Source: Octopus vulgaris (Eukaryota). From it: a stretch of 64,000 nucleotides of DNA. Location of the stretch: NCBI GenBank assembly GCA_951406725.2, contig OX597817.1:156736001-156800000 (forward strand), in the 5' to 3' direction. Positions 60,231 to 64,000 of the stretch are shown one piece after another (the stretch's first letter is position 1; each line of letters starts with the position of its first letter). The translations under genes and the position numbers were made by a program. A model generated the notes under the pieces. The model did not search any database. It was given only the letters and a program-made list of their open reading frames with translations, and was not told the origin of the DNA.

Positions 60231-60668
60231 TGTAAGCAATGCTACGCATTGCTTGTACAGAATACATATTAAAGAAGAATATGTTTGCGTGTGTGTGTGA
60301 GTAAATCATTCAGGACAGTAACCTGTAGGCATATTCTCTAGTCGTCTCCAAAACGCGGGGTGTCTGCTTGAGCGTCAGCTCCGATTGTCTGTGTTCTAGC
60401 CGTTTTTCCTTTCTATTTATAAAATCTCAAACAGCCAGAAAAATAGATATATCGCAACAAAGTTACTGTTTAAGTAGGTCATCGTTCGTCCACTTGAACT
60501 TCGCTTGACATGGCTCAGGTCGGAGGTCAAAGGGAGACGATCAATCACTTTTTGTCAGAACAAAGGAATCTTAATTTCGCGCCTTTGCATGCATTGGTAT
60601 TTGATGACCGATGATTCTTGGATTCGATTTCGAATCCAAGCTTAGAGAAGGAAGTGCTAACTCTTACA
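60231..60668 (-). repeat. 3' LTR (~438 bp) of the Gypsy element
   Basis: TGTAAG...CTTACA termini; adjacent polypurine tract AGAAGTGGGGTAG (minus strand, 60669-60681); TATA-like TATAAATA on the minus strand near 60415. Confidence 0.8.
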
Positions 60669-61372
60669 CTACCCCACTTCTAGTGAGAAAGCCACAGAGA
60701 TCGAACGATATTGGAAATGTTATTTTTTGTGTGTATGCAGAAAAAATTTTACACATTGAATGATAAAAATATGAATGAAAGGTTTACTGTTTGTATGTGC
60801 TATTTGGTGGGCAATATGTATATGTGCCCAGGCAGAAATATGTTGGCGCGTTGAAAGAGATGTGCGTCTATTGATTACTCGACCTACTAGAGGTCTAATA
60901 GAGGCAAGGTGTCTTTCAGTGGCGAAAAAGATCGAGTGATAGCACACATGAGAACATGATTTGTAAATGTGTGTGAACATACAGTTAGCAAAAATATATT
61001 TACAAGAAAGCAAAACATTTTAAAGAGAAAACAAAAAATATGTACATGCAAAAATGAAAGAAATGTTCATCGGCAAAGTTCGATTGTGAAATGTTCCGTA
61101 AAAGTTCATACAGTTTTTCGTTGATGTGGAACGTTTTTTGTTTTCGTTTTTTTTTTTTTTTATGCACATGAATGTTCTTTGATTTCTCTGAGTTGTATGT
61201 GGGTGATGCAGTTATGTGAGTTGTGTTGATGTATGCATTTCATTAGGAAGATGGATAAGTTAGGAGTTCAGAACTTACCCGAAAAACTTGCTGGCCATCG
61301 AACTGTTCTTCCTGATTTGGTGTGTCGGGGTTGTGCAGAATCTGTGGTGTTCGCTGGAGTTGCCGAGTCTGT

Positions 61373-63977
61373 TCAAGGAAAGGAGGGGACTGAATGTAAG
61401 CCCTCCTCGATGAAAGCTTTTTTCAAACGATCAATCGAGACCGTATTTCGTTTACCTCCAATATTGAGGACGAAATACTTGGGTTCTCTTTTGATGACCT
61501 TGTAGGGCCCGGAATATGGTGGTCGAAGTTGAGAGGGTATCCCATCATTCCTCACGAAGACATGAGTCCAAGTGTTGATATCTTTTGGGACACGTGAAAC
61601 GACGTTCTGTTGCCTGGGGCCTGAAGGTGATAACTGCGACATGGATGTCCGTAATCGGTGCACATATTGTTGTGGGTCAGGAAAGTTTTGTGAAACAGGT
61701 TCAATCATCTGCCCAGGTAAGGTGAGTGCTGTGCCATAAACGAGTTCGGCCGGAGTATATCCCAGTTCTTCCTTAATCGTGGATCGAATTCCAAGGAGGA
61801 TGAGAGGGAGATGTTCCAACCAGTGAGAACTGTCTGGAGCTACTTTGATAGATGCCTTGAGTTGGCGGTGAAAGCGTTCGACCATGCCATTTGCTGCAGG
61901 GTGGTAAGCCGTAGTGCGGGTGTGTTTACACCCAAGGAGACGAGTCAGCTCGGTAAAAAGGTGGGAATCGAACTGACGTCCTCTGTCAGTGGTGAATGTT
62001 GCGGGTGTGCCAAAACGCAAAACCCATTGTGATATCAGCGTTTTGGCGACCATTTCTGCTGATACATCAGATAAGGGCCAGGCTTCAGGCCATCGCGAAA
62101 AACGATCTACGCAAGTTAGTAAATATGAATAGTTCTGCAAAGGTGGCAGGGGTCCGACGATATCGATGTGCACGTGCTGAAATCGTGCGTCGGGTTGCGA
62201 AAATGAACCAATTGGTGATTTTATGTGCCGGTGGATTTTCGCTTTTTGGCACGCAACACAGCACTTGGTCCATTCTCCGATATCCTTGTTGATACTGGTC
62301 CACACAAAACGGGTCGATATCAGCTTTTGAGTGGAGCGAATACCAGGATGTGACAGAGAATGCAGAGCGGAGAAAACTTCTCGACGATATCTCTGTGGTA
62401 CATAAGGGCGTTGGTAACCAGTGGAGATATCACACTAAATATGAGCTGTGGATGATGGTAGCGGAACATGCTGAAATTTCAGAGATGACGAATTCCGGAG
62501 CTTTAGAAGTTCTTCGTCATTCTCCTGGTCAGCTGCTATACATGCCAGATCAATTGTAGACGTGGTGTGGATAGCATTGATCTGCGCACATGAAAGTGCA
62601 TCAGCTGCAAAGTTGGTCGTCCCTTTGATGTGGCGTATATCCATCGTGTACTGCGATATGAAGTCGAGGTGGCGATCCGGCTTGGTGTTAAATGCGTATA
62701 CTAATGGCTTGTGGTCGGTGTATATGGCAAAATTGGTACCTTCTAGCATGTGACGGAAATGCTTAATGGCCAGGTATGCCGCTAATAATTCCCGACTGAA
62801 TGTGCTGTATTTGGTTTCCGCAGGTTTTAACCGGTTAGAAAAGAAAGACAACGGCTGCCATATACCGTCAACAAGCTGTTGTAGCACACCTCCAGTTCCG
62901 GAATCGGATGCATCAACGAGTAAACATCGTGGGGCGTCTGGTTTTGGATAAACCAACATGGTAGCGCTAGATAACGCTTTTTTCAGGGCAGCGAAAGAAA
63001 CGAGTTGATCTTCGGTCAGAGCTATATCTGCATTTTTGTAGGTTCGCTGACGTAGCAAATCCGTGAGCGGTTGCACTATTTCAGCGAGGTGGGGCACGAA
63101 CCGTCGATAGAAATTCGCTAGACCGAGATATTCCCTTAATTTGCGGAGAGATGTGGGTGGTGGAAAATCCACGATGGCCTTGACTTTCTCGGGAAGGGGA
63201 CGAATTCCATTCTTATCGACGATGTGCCTGAGAAAATGAAGGGAAGCAACTCCAAACAAACATTTAGTAGGGTTGATAACAACACCAAATTGACGGAGAC
63301 GTTCGAATAGCAGGTGAAGGTGTTGATTATGTTCTTCATCCGAGTTACTGGCCACGAGTATGTCTATGTAGGCATAGACGAAAGGCAAACCTCTAGTCAC
63401 CATGTTGATAAACCTTTGGAATGCCTGTGCCGCATTTCGTAAACCGAAAGGCATACGCAGGAATTCAAACATTCCGAAAGGTGTAGTAACTGCTGACTTT
63501 GAGATGTCCGCAGGTTTGACTGGGATTTGGTTATATGCTCGCACCAGGTCGATTTTGGAAAAGATGCGAGCTCGAAAAGTCTTGAAGAAAAGGCACCGGA
63601 TAGGCATCACTGATAGTGCTTTTATTCAGCGATCGATAATTGCCGCAAACCCGCCAATCGGCCGATGATTTTTTTGGGACGCAGTGTATCGGCGAGGACC
63701 AGTTGCTGCTGGAAGGGCGGATTATTCCGAGGTCGAGCATGTGCTGGAATTCCCGCTTGGAGACAGCCTGGAGACGATCAGGTGGTAACCTTCTGGGCCT
63801 TGCAGCAACAGGTGGACCGCTGGTTTTGATGTGGTGGGTAACGTCGTGTTTGATCGGCTGGTTGTGGAAAACTGGTCGAGCGACGTCTGGATATTCATTC
63901 AGGATGGAACTTTGACAAGTCGTTGTAAGCATTACAGTTGGGCTGACTGTGTCCATTCGAGCGGCTATACCGCGCAC
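61373..63977 (-). pseudogene. Gypsy pol pseudogene (RT/RNase H 63977-62435, integrase ~62360-61373)
   Basis: Split over three ORFs; the YxDD motif reads YAYID-ILV (one Asp lost); in-frame TGA before the TKSGRTVRWP tail. Confidence 0.9.
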
Positions 63978-64000
63978 AGTAAGCTTGGTGGTGCTGTCGA

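Larger units (their letters stand above)
60231..64000 (-). mobile_element. Ty3/Gypsy LTR retrotransposon (RT-RNaseH-integrase order), defective, running off the window end
   Basis: RT motifs ([40 protein letters not shown]), RNase H (LVDASD, YTDHKPL), integrase ([30 protein letters not shown] module PPYSGPYKV); frameshifts present. Confidence 0.95.

Overview
Eukaryotic, AT-rich, microsatellite- and SINE-dense DNA, most consistent with a coleoid cephalopod (Octopus-like; inferred from repeat content, not proven). Positions 1-~54.5 kb hold the 3' part of one very large + strand spliced gene. I reconstructed eight GT-AG coding exons (1085-8197, 13344-14189, 26068-26214, 29334-38558, 43774-43830, 44771-45337, 49341-49401, 52027-52228). 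They join in frame into ~6,070 aa of mostly disordered, acidic, Ser/Thr/Glu/Pro-rich protein. Two exons are giant (7.1 and 9.2 kb), and the first six are all symmetric phase 1-1 cassettes. The motif content points to the tail of an invertebrate giant ankyrin (Ank2/UNC-44-like): AnkB/AnkG-like extended LIR motifs, SSLxEFERLE and DSL repeats, KSPSP and PVVTTSKTE arrays. No ankyrin-repeat, ZU5 or death domain lies inside the window, so that identity is an inference. The most interesting signal is a modular, splice-selectable scaffold carrying several candidate Atg8-binding LIRs, several PP1 RVxF sites, a neurofilament-like KSP array, an unusual (DATYDGG)n exon and position-specific TGCATG (Rbfox-type) elements. 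Introns and downstream DNA contain several SINE families, TTAA-flanked piggyBac-type MITEs, a non-autonomous Helitron, foldback elements, a Tigger/pogo remnant, a decayed mariner and a decayed Ty3/Gypsy element with its 3' LTR.
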